NCBI GenBank assembly: GCA_963729605.1
Contig: CAVSNY010000003.1
Location: forward strand, 192,001 to 256,000
Reading direction: 5' to 3'
Length of the DNA: 64,000 nucleotides
Source: an uncultured Gammaproteobacteria bacterium
GTDB lineage: Bacteria; Pseudomonadota; Gammaproteobacteria; DRLM01
Shown: piece by piece, positions 22,334-30,786 of the stretch
Position numbering within the stretch: the first letter of the stretch is position 1
How the letters are laid out: every line of letters starts with the position of its first letter
The notes under the pieces: model-generated
Databases searched by the model: none
What the model was told of the DNA's origin: nothing
Seen by the model: the letters and a program-made list of their open reading frames with translations, nothing else
Position numbers and translations under genes: made by a program

Positions 22334-23173
22334 CATCCATCCCAAAATAAATTACCGCGTTTTTTTAATATGCTCTTCGCCCTCATCCCCCTCTCCCCAA
22401 CCCCTCTCCCGCGAGGGGAGAGGGGTAAAGAGAGTGACAGGGTTGTTAAAAACGTCCCCTCTCCCGCCGGCGGGAGAGGGACAGGGAGAGGGCGATCGGC
22501 AGGGGGCGATCAGTTTGCGTCTCGGCGCGCAGGGAATCTTGGCGCCGCCGGAGGCTTATCGTTGGCGGGCGCATCGGTATTGGCATAATCAATTGAATGC
22601 GGTTGATTAGCATCCATCCCAAAATAAATTACTGCGTTTTTTGAATATGCCCTTCGCCGGCATCCCCCTCTCCCCAACCCCTCTCCCGCGAGGGGAGAGG
22701 GGTAAAGAGAGTGACAGGGTTGTTAAAAACGTCCCCTCTCCCGCCGGTGGGAGAGGGACAGGGAGAGGGCGATCGGCAGGGGGCGATCAGTTTGCGTCTC
22801 GGCGCGCAGGGAATCTTGGCGCCGCCGGAGGCTTATCGTCGGCGGGCGCATCGGTATTGGCATGTTCAATTGAATGCGGTTGATTAGAGGCCATCCCAAA
22901 ATAAATTACCGCGTTTTTTTAATATGCTCTTCGCCCTCATCCCCCTCTCCCCAAACCCTCTCCCGCGAGGGGAGAGGGGTAAAGCCACACCAACAGTAGC
23001 AGCGGCATGGTCAGCCCCCAACGCCTCTCCCACGAGGGGAGAGGGCCGCCCTGACCGCCGCGCAGGTAACCTATCGCCCCAACGCCTCTCCCACGAGGGG
23101 AGAGGGGTAAAGTGAGTTGCAGGGTTGTTAAAAACGTCCCCTCTCCCGCCGGCGGGAGAGGGACAGGGAGAGG
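22216..23173 (+). repeat. 277-bp tandem triplication of the comEC 3' end plus an inverted BoxC-like pair
   Basis: Units start at 22216, 22493 and 22770 (CGATCGGCAGGGGGCG...); each ends in CCCCTCTCCCGCCGG(C/T)GGGAGAGGGACAGGGAGAGG; unit 3 is 128 bp longer. Confidence 0.95.
22949..23106 (+). repeat. CRISPR-like mini-array: three 30-bp direct hairpin repeats with two unique spacers
   Basis: Repeats at 22949-22978, 23016-23045 and 23077-23106 (CCCCAACGCCTCTCCCACGAGGGGAGAGGG, last two identical); spacers of 37 bp (6 shared + 31 unique) and 31 bp. Confidence 0.8.
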
Positions 23174-23291
23174 CGGGCCTACTCCGACGGGCGGAGCGCC
23201 GCCGCGCTTCGACGGCGGTGATAAATCAAGTATGATTGGCCACTTGTTTATATAGCAGCCGGATATTTGCGAACCAACGGGCGGGGTAGCG

Positions 23292-23933
23292 GTGTTTGAA
23301 ATAGTGAAATCGGGCGGCTGGGTGATGGTGCCACTGCTGTTGTGCTCGGTGGTGGCCACCGCGATAGTCGCGGAGCGTTTTTGGGCCTTGCGCAAGCAGC
23401 GCATCTGCCCGCGCAATCTGGTGGATCAGATCTGGCAGTGGGCCAAGGCCGGCCAGATGGACGTGATGCGCATCAGCAGCCTGCGCGGCAGCTCGCCGCT
23501 GGGGCGGGTGTTGGCGGCGGGGTTGATGAACCGCCATTATTCCCGCGAGGTGATGAAGGAGAGTATCGAAGAGGCCGGCCGCCATGTGGTGCTGGAGCTG
23601 GAGCGCTATTTGAATACCCTCGGCACCATCGCCTCCATCTCGCCCTTGCTCGGCCTGCTGGGCACGGTGCTGGGCATGATCAAGGTATTCACCGCCATCA
23701 GCGCGGTGGGCGTCGGCAGCCCCACCGAAATGGCGGGCGGACTGTCGGAGGCCTTGATCACCACCGTGGCGGGTCTGATCGTGGCCATTCCCAGTTTGAT
23801 GTTTTATCGCCATTTCCAGCGGCGGGTGGACGAACTGGTGTCCACCATGGAGCAGGAGGCGATCAAGATGGTGGAAATCCTGCACGGTGAACGGATAGGC
23901 GGAAGCGACATGCCGGGGGGCGCCGCCGCATGA
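23292..23933 (+). CDS. exbB: MotA/TolQ/ExbB proton channel protein
   Basis: SPLLGLLGTVLGMI, EALITTVAGL; conserved comEC-exbBD-msbA-lpxK cluster. Confidence 0.9.
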   Translation: MFEIVKSGGWVMVPLLLCSVVATAIVAERFWALRKQRICPRNLVDQIWQWAKAGQMDVMRISSLRGSSPLGRVLAAGLMNRHYSREVMKESIEEAGRHVVLELERYLNTLGTIASISPLLGLLGTVLGMIKVFTAISAVGVGSPTEMAGGLSEALITTVAGLIVAIPSLMFYRHFQRRVDELVSTMEQEAIKMVEILHGERIGGSDMPGGAAA

Positions 23934-24355
23934 ATCTGCGTCCCCGCCGCCGCGGCGATCCGGAAATCAATCTCACCTCGCTCATCGATGTCGTATTTTT
24001 ATTGCTGCTGTTTTTTATTTTGACCACCAGTTTCAATCGGGAGTCGGCGCTGCGCATCGATCTGCCCAAGGCGTCGGAGCAGGCCGCGGTCGAGGAGCAA
24101 AAACCGATTATGTTGTCCATCGACGCCGCCGGCGAGTTTTACGTCGACGGCCGGCAGGTGGTGAATACCCAGGTGGAAAGTGTGAAGCGGGTTCTGCGCG
24201 CGGCGATGGGCGAACGGAAGGACCCGCCGCTGATCATCAGCGCCGATGCCAAGACGCCGCATCAGGCGGTGGTCACCGCCATGGACGCCGCGCGCCAGGT
24301 CGGTCTGATCCATCTGTCCATCGCCACCAAAGAACCCGCCGGAGGCGCGCAGTAG
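23930..24355 (+). CDS. exbD: ExbD/TolR family protein
   Basis: INLTSLIDVVFLLLLFF, IDLP, ISAD. Confidence 0.9.
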   Translation: MNLRPRRRGDPEINLTSLIDVVFLLLLFFILTTSFNRESALRIDLPKASEQAAVEEQKPIMLSIDAAGEFYVDGRQVVNTQVESVKRVLRAAMGERKDPPLIISADAKTPHQAVVTAMDAARQVGLIHLSIATKEPAGGAQ

Positions 24356-24359
24356 CGCC

Positions 24360-26144
24360 ATGAAGGAAAACGCATCCACTCAAGCCCGCGTGATCTACGC
24401 GCGGCTACTGCGTTACGCCACGCCGCATTGGCGGATGTTCGTGCTGGCGATGCTGGCGATGCTGGTGTTCGCCGCCACCAACACCGGTTTCGCGGCCTTG
24501 ATGAAGCCGATGATCGACGGCAGCTTCGTGGATCGCGATCCGGCGGTGATCGCCTTGGTGCCGTTGCTGATCATCGGTCTGTTCGTCGCGCGCGGCCTCG
24601 CCAATTTCGGTTCGTCGTATTGCATGAGCGTGGTGGGACGCGAGGTGATCCGCGATCTGCGCCGCGCCATGTTCGACCGATTGCTGCGTTTGCCTACCCG
24701 CTATTACGACCGGACCTCTTCCGGCGAGCTGCTCTCCAAATTCATCTACGACGTGGAGCAGGTCAATCTCGCCGCCACCAACGCCCTGGCCAACGTGGTG
24801 CGCGACGGGTTCACCATCATCGGCCTGCTGATCTGGATGGCCTACATCAATTGGCAACTGACCCTGGTGTTCATCGTGGTGGGACCGCCCATCGCCATCG
24901 CCATCGCCACCGTCAACCGGCGTTTCCGCCGTCTCAACAACCGCATTCAAAATTCCATGGCGGATGTCACCGGCATCAGCGAAGAGGCCATCGCGGGTCA
25001 TCGCGTGGTGAAAATCTTCGGCGGCCACGACTACGAGACCGCGCGCTTCAATCTCATCAACGAGGCCAACCGCAAACTCAATATGAAACTCGCCGCCAGC
25101 AGCGCCGCCAGCGTGGGCATCGTCGAGTTGATCGCCGCGATCGCGCTGGCGGGCATCATCTATCTGGCGACCTCGCCCGCGGTGCTGGACAACATCACGG
25201 TCGGCAATTTCATGTCCTTCGTGGTGGCGATGATGTTGCTGATGCCGTCCATAAAACGCCTGACCACGGTGATGCCCATGATACAGCGCGGCGTAGCGGC
25301 GGCGGAGAGTATTTTCACCTTGCTCGACACCGAAGCGGAGGTGGACGGCGGCGACCAAGCGATGACGCGCGCGCGCGGCGAGGTGAGTTTCGAACAGGTC
25401 ACGTTTACGTACGACGCCGCCAAGGGCGAGGCGCTGCGCGACATCGATCTCCACATCGCGGCGGGACAGTGCGTGGCCTTCGTCGGCCGTTCCGGCGGCG
25501 GCAAATCCACCTTGGTGAGTTTGCTGCCGCGCCTTTACGATGTGCAGCAGGGCGTGATCCGTTTGGACGGCGTCGATATCCGCCAACTCCGGCTGCGCGA
25601 TTTGCGCAATCAAATCGCCTGGGTGGGGCAGGACGTGGTGTTGTTCAACGACACCATCGCCCGCAACATCGCCTATGGCGCCTTGGGCGATGTGAGTGAA
25701 GAGGCCATCGTCCGCGCCGCCGAGGCGGCCCACGCCATGGAGTTCATCCGGCGGCTGCCGGAGGGATTGAATACCTTGGTCGGCGAGAACGGCGTGTTGT
25801 TGTCCGGCGGCCAGCGCCAGCGGCTCGCCATCGCCCGCGCCTTGCTCAAGGACGCGCCGATCCTGATTTTGGACGAGGCCACGTCGGCCTTGGATAATGA
25901 ATCGGAGCGGCATATCCAGGCCGCGCTCGCCGAGGTGATGCGCAACCGCACCACCCTGGTGATCGCCCATCGCTTGTCCACGGTGGAGAACGCCGATCAA
26001 ATCGTGGTGCTCGACGGGGGGCGGGTGGTGGAGCAGGGTACCCACCGCGAACTCCTGGCCCGCGGCGGTCAGTACGCCAGTCTGCATAAGTTGCAGTTTC
26101 ACGATGAGCCGGCCGCGCCGGAGCCGGTGGCGCAGCATGGGTGA
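24360..26144 (+). CDS. msbA: lipid A export ABC transporter
   Basis: TMD plus GRSGGGKS, LSGGQRQR, DEATSALD; next to lpxK. Confidence 0.95.
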   Translation: MKENASTQARVIYARLLRYATPHWRMFVLAMLAMLVFAATNTGFAALMKPMIDGSFVDRDPAVIALVPLLIIGLFVARGLANFGSSYCMSVVGREVIRDLRRAMFDRLLRLPTRYYDRTSSGELLSKFIYDVEQVNLAATNALANVVRDGFTIIGLLIWMAYINWQLTLVFIVVGPPIAIAIATVNRRFRRLNNRIQNSMADVTGISEEAIAGHRVVKIFGGHDYETARFNLINEANRKLNMKLAASSAASVGIVELIAAIALAGIIYLATSPAVLDNITVGNFMSFVVAMMLLMPSIKRLTTVMPMIQRGVAAAESIFTLLDTEAEVDGGDQAMTRARGEVSFEQVTFTYDAAKGEALRDIDLHIAAGQCVAFVGRSGGGKSTLVSLLPRLYDVQQGVIRLDGVDIRQLRLRDLRNQIAWVGQDVVLFNDTIARNIAYGALGDVSEEAIVRAAEAAHAMEFIRRLPEGLNTLVGENGVLLSGGQRQRLAIARALLKDAPILILDEATSALDNESERHIQAALAEVMRNRTTLVIAHRLSTVENADQIVVLDGGRVVEQGTHRELLARGGQYASLHKLQFHDEPAAPEPVAQHG

Positions 26145-26185
26145 ACCCACGCGCGGCGGATTAATCCACACAGCGGCGCATTGAG

Positions 26186-27166
26186 ATGCGGCTCGACGCC
26201 GTGTGGTATGGCAAACATCCGCTGAGCATTTTATTAGTGCCGCTCGCCTGGTTGTACGGCGGGGTGATGCGGCTGCGTCGCGCCCTGTATCGCGCCGGTG
26301 TGCTGCGCGGCACGCGGCTGCCGGTGCCGGTGGTCGTGGTGGGCAATCTCAGCGTGGGCGGCACCGGCAAGACGCCGCTGGTGATTCATCTGGTCGAGTT
26401 GCTGCGGGCGGCCGGAAAAAAACCTGGCGTGGTGAGCCGCGGTTACGGTGGCAAGGCTACGCATTGGCCGCAACAGGTGCACGCCGGCAGCGATCCGCTG
26501 CTGGTGGGCGACGAACCGGTGCTGATCGCGCAACGCGCCGGTTGCCCGGTGGTGGTCGATCCTCACCGCGTGCGCGCCGCGCAAACTCTCTTGGCCGAAC
26601 ATGATTGCGACGTGATCGTCGCCGACGACGGTCTGCAACACTATGCGCTGGCCCGCGACGTGGAGATCGCGGTGGTGGACGGCGTGCGCCGTCACGGCAA
26701 CGGCCGCTGTCTGCCCGCCGGCCCCTTGCGCGAACCCCTGGCGCGTTTGCGCGGCGTGGATTTGGTGATGGTCAACGGCGCGGGCGTGGCCGGGGAATGC
26801 ACGTTCACCTTGAGCGGCGATCAAGTATTGTCCGTGGACGGCCGGGGCGCGCCGCGTCCGTTGTCGGAGCTGCGCGGACAAAGCGTGCACGCGGTGGCCG
26901 GCATCGGCCGGCCGGCGCGATTTTTCGAGCACCTGCGGCGCTACCAACTGCGAGTCATCGAACATCCCTTTCCCGATCACCATCGCTACGTCGCCGACGA
27001 TTTGCGTTTCGCCGACGGGCTGCCGGTGCTGATGACGGAAAAGGACATGGTGAAGTGTCGCGCTTTCGCGGGCCCGGCGCACGGCTACCTCCCGGTCACG
27101 GCGGAGCCGGACGCGGCCTGCGCCGCGCGTTTGCGGATTGTATTGCAATCTTGTCTGGCGCGATAA
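26186..27166 (+). CDS. lpxK: tetraacyldisaccharide 4'-kinase
   Basis: VGNLSVGGTGKTP, SRGYGG, DDGLQH, PAGPLRE, TEKD. Confidence 0.97.
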   Translation: MRLDAVWYGKHPLSILLVPLAWLYGGVMRLRRALYRAGVLRGTRLPVPVVVVGNLSVGGTGKTPLVIHLVELLRAAGKKPGVVSRGYGGKATHWPQQVHAGSDPLLVGDEPVLIAQRAGCPVVVDPHRVRAAQTLLAEHDCDVIVADDGLQHYALARDVEIAVVDGVRRHGNGRCLPAGPLREPLARLRGVDLVMVNGAGVAGECTFTLSGDQVLSVDGRGAPRPLSELRGQSVHAVAGIGRPARFFEHLRRYQLRVIEHPFPDHHRYVADDLRFADGLPVLMTEKDMVKCRAFAGPAHGYLPVTAEPDAACAARLRIVLQSCLAR

Positions 27167-27181
27167 ACGGCGGCTACATTC

Positions 27182-27269
27182 CGGCGCGGCCTCGCGTGCG
27201 CGCGGGTGTCGATAAATTTCAGTGTCCAGCCTGCCTTCACCACGGCGCGGCCTCGCGCGCGGGAGTGTC
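27182..27269 (+). repeat. short direct repeat pair (period 61)
   Basis: CGGCGCGGCCTCGCG at 27182 and 27243, both followed shortly by GTGTC. Confidence 0.6.
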
Positions 27270-27333
27270 AACTGCAACGATCCGGGTTTATCGTCGCTTT
27301 CGGTAAGGCTGGGCGCAAGCCGGATGGTTCGGC

Positions 27334-27488
27334 TTGACACCCCGAACCTTACAAACCATGCTTAAATTATCCGAAGCCCGCGACTAGACCGTAATGACGG
27401 AAGCTGGCCAGTCCGGGTCACCTCTATCGATCCAGTTCAGTCGTTCCGCAAGGCAGTCGATCCCGCCGGGTCCTATTCCAAGGAGGAT
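27334..27488 (+). promoter_or_regulatory. sigma70-like promoter, structured leader and RBS, orphaned by IS insertion
   Basis: TTGACA(27334)-17 bp-CATGCT(27357); stem-loop 27376-27418; AGGAGG at 27481-27486 abutting the IS. Confidence 0.55.
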
Positions 27489-27527
27489 TGAACCGCCCCG
27501 TGTTTTGCGGAGGCTGTTTGGTTTAAG

Positions 27528-28436
27528 TCATGCTGCAATCGCGGCATGACGGCGGTATTGCCTGTAGTAGTTTGCCTCAGCTTCTGCTGGAGGGATATAC
27601 CCCAGAGGCTCTAATAGCCGGTGGTGGTTAAACCACGAGACCCATTCCAGGGTCGCCAGCTCCACGGATTCCCGGGTTTTCCAGGGTCCCCGACGATGGA
27701 TCAGCTCGGCCTTGTACAGCCCGTTGATCGTCTCGGCCAATGCGTTATCGTAGCTGTCGCCCTTGCTGCCGACCGAAGGCTCGATGCCGGCCTCGGCCAG
27801 TCGCTCGGTGTAGCGGATCGAGACGTATTGCGAGCCCCTGTCGCTGTGATGGATCAGGGCATCCTCTGGTTCGGGCTGCCGGGCGTACAGAGCTTGCTCC
27901 AGTGCGTCGAGCACGAAGTCCGTGGCCATGGTGCGGCTGACCCGCCAACCGACGATGCGCCGGGCGAAGACATCAATGACGAAGGCCACATACAGCCAGC
28001 CCTGCCAGGTCGACACATACGTGAAATCCGACACCCAGAGCTGGTTGGGCCTGTCCGCCTTGAACTGTCGATTGACCCGGTCCAGCGGGCGTGGCGCCGA
28101 GTGGTCAGGCACGGTGGTGCGAACCGCCTTGCCACGGCGCACACCCTGCAGGCCCAGGCGCTTCATCAGACGCTCGACCGTACAACGGGCCACCTCGATG
28201 CCCTCGCGGTTCAGCTGCCGCCAGACTTTGTCGGCGCCGTACACCTGCAGGTGGGTGTGCCAGACACGCTGAATATGCGACATCAATACCTCATCGCGCT
28301 TGGCCCGGGCGCTGCGCAGATCCGGATCGCGCCGCCGGGCCGCATGGCGCCGGTAGGCCGATGGGGCAACCTGCAACACCTTGCAGATCGGCTCGACCCC
28401 ATAAGCATCCCGGTGCTGGTCGATGTAGGTATTTAC
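27528..28436 (-). CDS. IS3 transposase OrfB (DDE), probably made as an OrfAB fusion by -1 frameshift
   Basis: [22 protein letters not shown]; -1 frame open through the T TTT TTC heptamer (28469-28475) in orfA. Confidence 0.92.
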   Translation of the reverse strand, partial: VNTYIDQHRDAYGVEPICKVLQVAPSAYRRHAARRRDPDLRSARAKRDEVLMSHIQRVWHTHLQVYGADKVWRQLNREGIEVARCTVERLMKRLGLQGVRRGKAVRTTVPDHSAPRPLDRVNRQFKADRPNQLWVSDFTYVSTWQGWLYVAFVIDVFARRIVGWRVSRTMATDFVLDALEQALYARQPEPEDALIHHSDRGSQYVSIRYTERLAEAGIEPSVGSKGDSYDNALAETINGLYKAELIHRRGPWKTRESVELATLEWVSWFNHHRLLEPLGYIPPAEAEANYYRQYRRHAAIAA

Positions 28437-28756
28437 GACTTCAGTTTGCGGTCGAGCTCCGCCTGTGCGAAAAAAGCGCTGGCGGTACGCAGTATCTCAT
28501 TGGCGCGCCGCAACTCCTTGTTCTCGCGCTCCAGCTCCTTGATGCGCTGTGTCTCGGACGTGGTCGTGCCAGGACGCGCTCCGGCATCGGCCTCCGTACG
28601 CTTAACCCACTCCAGCAGCGTCCCGGGTACACAGCCAATCTTCGGGGCGATCGACTCCACGGCCATCCACAACGACGGGTATTCCCCGCGATGCTCCTGC
28701 ACCATTCGAACCGCACGTTCACGGACTTCAGGTGAAAACTTGTTCGACTTTTTCAT
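28433..28756 (-). CDS. IS3 transposase OrfA (HTH)
   Basis: [39 protein letters not shown]. Confidence 0.93.
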   Translation of the reverse strand: MKKSNKFSPEVRERAVRMVQEHRGEYPSLWMAVESIAPKIGCVPGTLLEWVKRTEADAGARPGTTTSETQRIKELERENKELRRANEILRTASAFFAQAELDRKLKS

Positions 28757-28813
28757 GGCTCCATTCTCTCAAATGTTGGAGCCTCCTCAAAACCAGGGGC
28801 GGTTCAGATAGGC

Positions 28814-29869
28814 ATGGACTCTCACCGCCATTTAATTTCTCTCGGCTTCACCTCGGACAAGTTTCCGCCGGGCACTCACATCTGTTATCTGTACAGCGAC
28901 GAGGACGAGCGGCGACGCGTGGAGGGGCAGAAACTCGCCCTGCGTTTCCGGGTCGGTATCGCCAGTTATCCCGCCGATGCCGGCGACCTGGAAACCCTCA
29001 TGCTGCGCGCCGAGGCCGCCACCCATCTGGCGCCCGACGCCCGCTCCCGCAACCGGCCGGTTTATTACCAGTCCGAGCTGGCGGCCTTGTCGCGCCGGAA
29101 TTTGGCGATTGAAGAATGTTTGCATGAAGAGATCGTCACTACGCAGTTTTTCATGGTCTATCAGCCGCGGGTCAGCGTCAGGGACGGCAAGACGGTCGGC
29201 GCCGAATCCCTGCTGCGTTGGCAGCATCCCGAACTCGGCGCGGTTTCGCCCGGCGAGTTCATCCCCATCGCCGAAGAATGCGGGGCCATCGGCCGGGTCG
29301 GGGCGTGGGTCATGCGCCAGGTGTGCGCGCAGATCGGCGCCTGGAAAACCGCCGGCGCGCCGCTGGTGCCGATTTCGATCAACCTGACCATGCACGACGT
29401 GTTGGCGGAGGCCACCATCGCAATCCTGGTCGCCGAGGCCCGCGCCGCCGCGATACCGCTGAACCTGATCGAGGTCGAAATCACCGAGAGCATGGCCATG
29501 CTCGATGTGGACATGACCAAAGAATTTCTAGGCAAGCTGCGCGATCTCGGCGTGCGCTGCATCATCGACGATTTCGGCACCGGCTATTCCTCGCTGGCCT
29601 ATCTGGTCGATCTGCCTTTCAGTTCGTTGAAGATCGACAAACGTTTCGTTGACCGCATTCAAGAGCAGAAGGCGCGCAGTCTCATTCAAAGCTTGGTCGC
29701 GATGGCGCGGTCGCTCAAGTACGGGATCGTGGCCGAAGGTGTGGAGTACGACTATCAGGCGGAATTTCTGCGTGCCTGCGAATGCGACGAGATACAAGGT
29801 TATTTATACAGCCATCCCATGCCGGCCGCGGAATTTCTCGACTTCATCCACGGTCCGCGCGCGTCTTAA
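28814..29869 (+). CDS. EAL phosphodiesterase carrying N-terminal MEDS and GGDEF fragments (internally deleted)
   Basis: PPGTHICYLYSDEDE (MEDS start), VGIASYPADA (GGDEF end), YQP, ESLLRW, DDFGTGYSSL, AEGVE, QGY. Confidence 0.85.
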   Translation: MDSHRHLISLGFTSDKFPPGTHICYLYSDEDERRRVEGQKLALRFRVGIASYPADAGDLETLMLRAEAATHLAPDARSRNRPVYYQSELAALSRRNLAIEECLHEEIVTTQFFMVYQPRVSVRDGKTVGAESLLRWQHPELGAVSPGEFIPIAEECGAIGRVGAWVMRQVCAQIGAWKTAGAPLVPISINLTMHDVLAEATIAILVAEARAAAIPLNLIEVEITESMAMLDVDMTKEFLGKLRDLGVRCIIDDFGTGYSSLAYLVDLPFSSLKIDKRFVDRIQEQKARSLIQSLVAMARSLKYGIVAEGVEYDYQAEFLRACECDEIQGYLYSHPMPAAEFLDFIHGPRAS

Positions 29870-29950
29870 ATACAGTGGCGTGTTTCCTTTTCTCCTGCAC
29901 CCAGGCCGTTATCTCACGATTCGGGCAGATCATACTTTTCGTTAACGGCG

Positions 29951-30421
29951 TCATTTTCTCAATGGAATCTCCAGATCTCTGCTCACCGGTACGGCGGTGA
30001 CGGAATTTTTCGGGCTGCCGTGGATGATTTTGTCGGTGTAGGTGAGATACACCAGCACATTGCGGGCGGTATCCACCATGCGTACCACGTGCAGCGTTTT
30101 AAAGATGAGGGAGCGGCGTTCGGTGAAGGCGTCTTCCTGCAGGGGCAAGGTTTCCTTGAAGCGCAGCGGTCCGACTTGCCGGCAGGCGATGGAGACATCG
30201 GAGACCTCTTCCGCTACGCCCACCGCGCCTGCGATACCGCCCCGCTCGGGTTTGGCGACATAGCAGGTCACGCCTTCCACTTTGGGGTCGTCGTAAGCTT
30301 CCACCACCAGCTGGTGCGAGCCCATCAGCTTCCATTCCGTATTGACGGAGCCGATTTCCTGGGCGGTGGCCGCGCCGGGCAAGAGGGCGGGTAGGGCGAT
30401 CAACATACATAATTTGCGCAT
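29951..30421 (-). CDS. creA: CreA family exported protein
   Basis: Signal peptide; VEAYDDPKVEGVTCY, SIACRQVGP, GSPKNS. Confidence 0.92.
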   Translation of the reverse strand: MRKLCMLIALPALLPGAATAQEIGSVNTEWKLMGSHQLVVEAYDDPKVEGVTCYVAKPERGGIAGAVGVAEEVSDVSIACRQVGPLRFKETLPLQEDAFTERRSLIFKTLHVVRMVDTARNVLVYLTYTDKIIHGSPKNSVTAVPVSRDLEIPLRK

Positions 30422-30786
30422 GGGTTCGACTTCCTTGGGATGGGCTGTTGTTTACAAATAGTCTCGAAGAGCTAGCGTAGCAGTTAATCTAAGCGCCGGT
30501 TTAATGCTTGACGCGCATGCGGGGTTTTCGCGGCATCAACGGCAATGCCTTTCCGCGGCGAGGCAAGGGGTTGCCACTGGCAAACCTCGCCGCTTTCGCC
30601 GAACCGCTCCAGTGCGCGGCCGCGCGCCGTCGAGACCTCGATTTCCTATCTGGCCCGCATATTGCCTCAAGGTGTGAAGAAAGGTTTCCGTTGCCTGCTT
30701 GGCGATTCCACACAGGAGGGGAGTGGCCGGCCGGGGCAAGGAAAGCCACGTTGTGTTCAGCACGCCAACCATAAAAGGAAGATTGC

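Larger units (their letters stand above)
27489..28806 (-). mobile_element. IS3-family (IS51-group-like) insertion sequence, 1318 bp
   Basis: TIRs TGAACCGCCCC(GT/TG)GTTTTG(C/A)GGAGGCT; 3-bp target duplication GAT (27486-27488 and 28807-28809); orfA/orfB. Confidence 0.96.

Noticed and set aside
22949-23106. Bona fide CRISPR array
   Set aside because: Only three repeats, no cas genes or leader in the window, and the repeat belongs to a dispersed BoxC-like family; kept as a CRISPR-like finding, not a CRISPR call
22326-23416. ORFs 22326-22610, 22370-22588, 22641-22883, 22924-23115 and 22937-23416
   Set aside because: These are translations of the tandem repeats and BoxC-like palindromes (PSPQPLSREGRG-type peptides), without RBS support
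24405-26171. Long antisense ORFs (588 aa opposite msbA; similar ones opposite ligA, lolE, comEC, sucCD, ispG, ettA and the IS)
   Set aside because: Typical shadow ORFs of high-GC codon bias on the strand opposite well-supported genes
30532-30600. c-di-GMP-I riboswitch suggested by GGCAAAC
   Set aside because: Lacks the GNRA-capped P2 and the downstream GCAAAG/P3 elements
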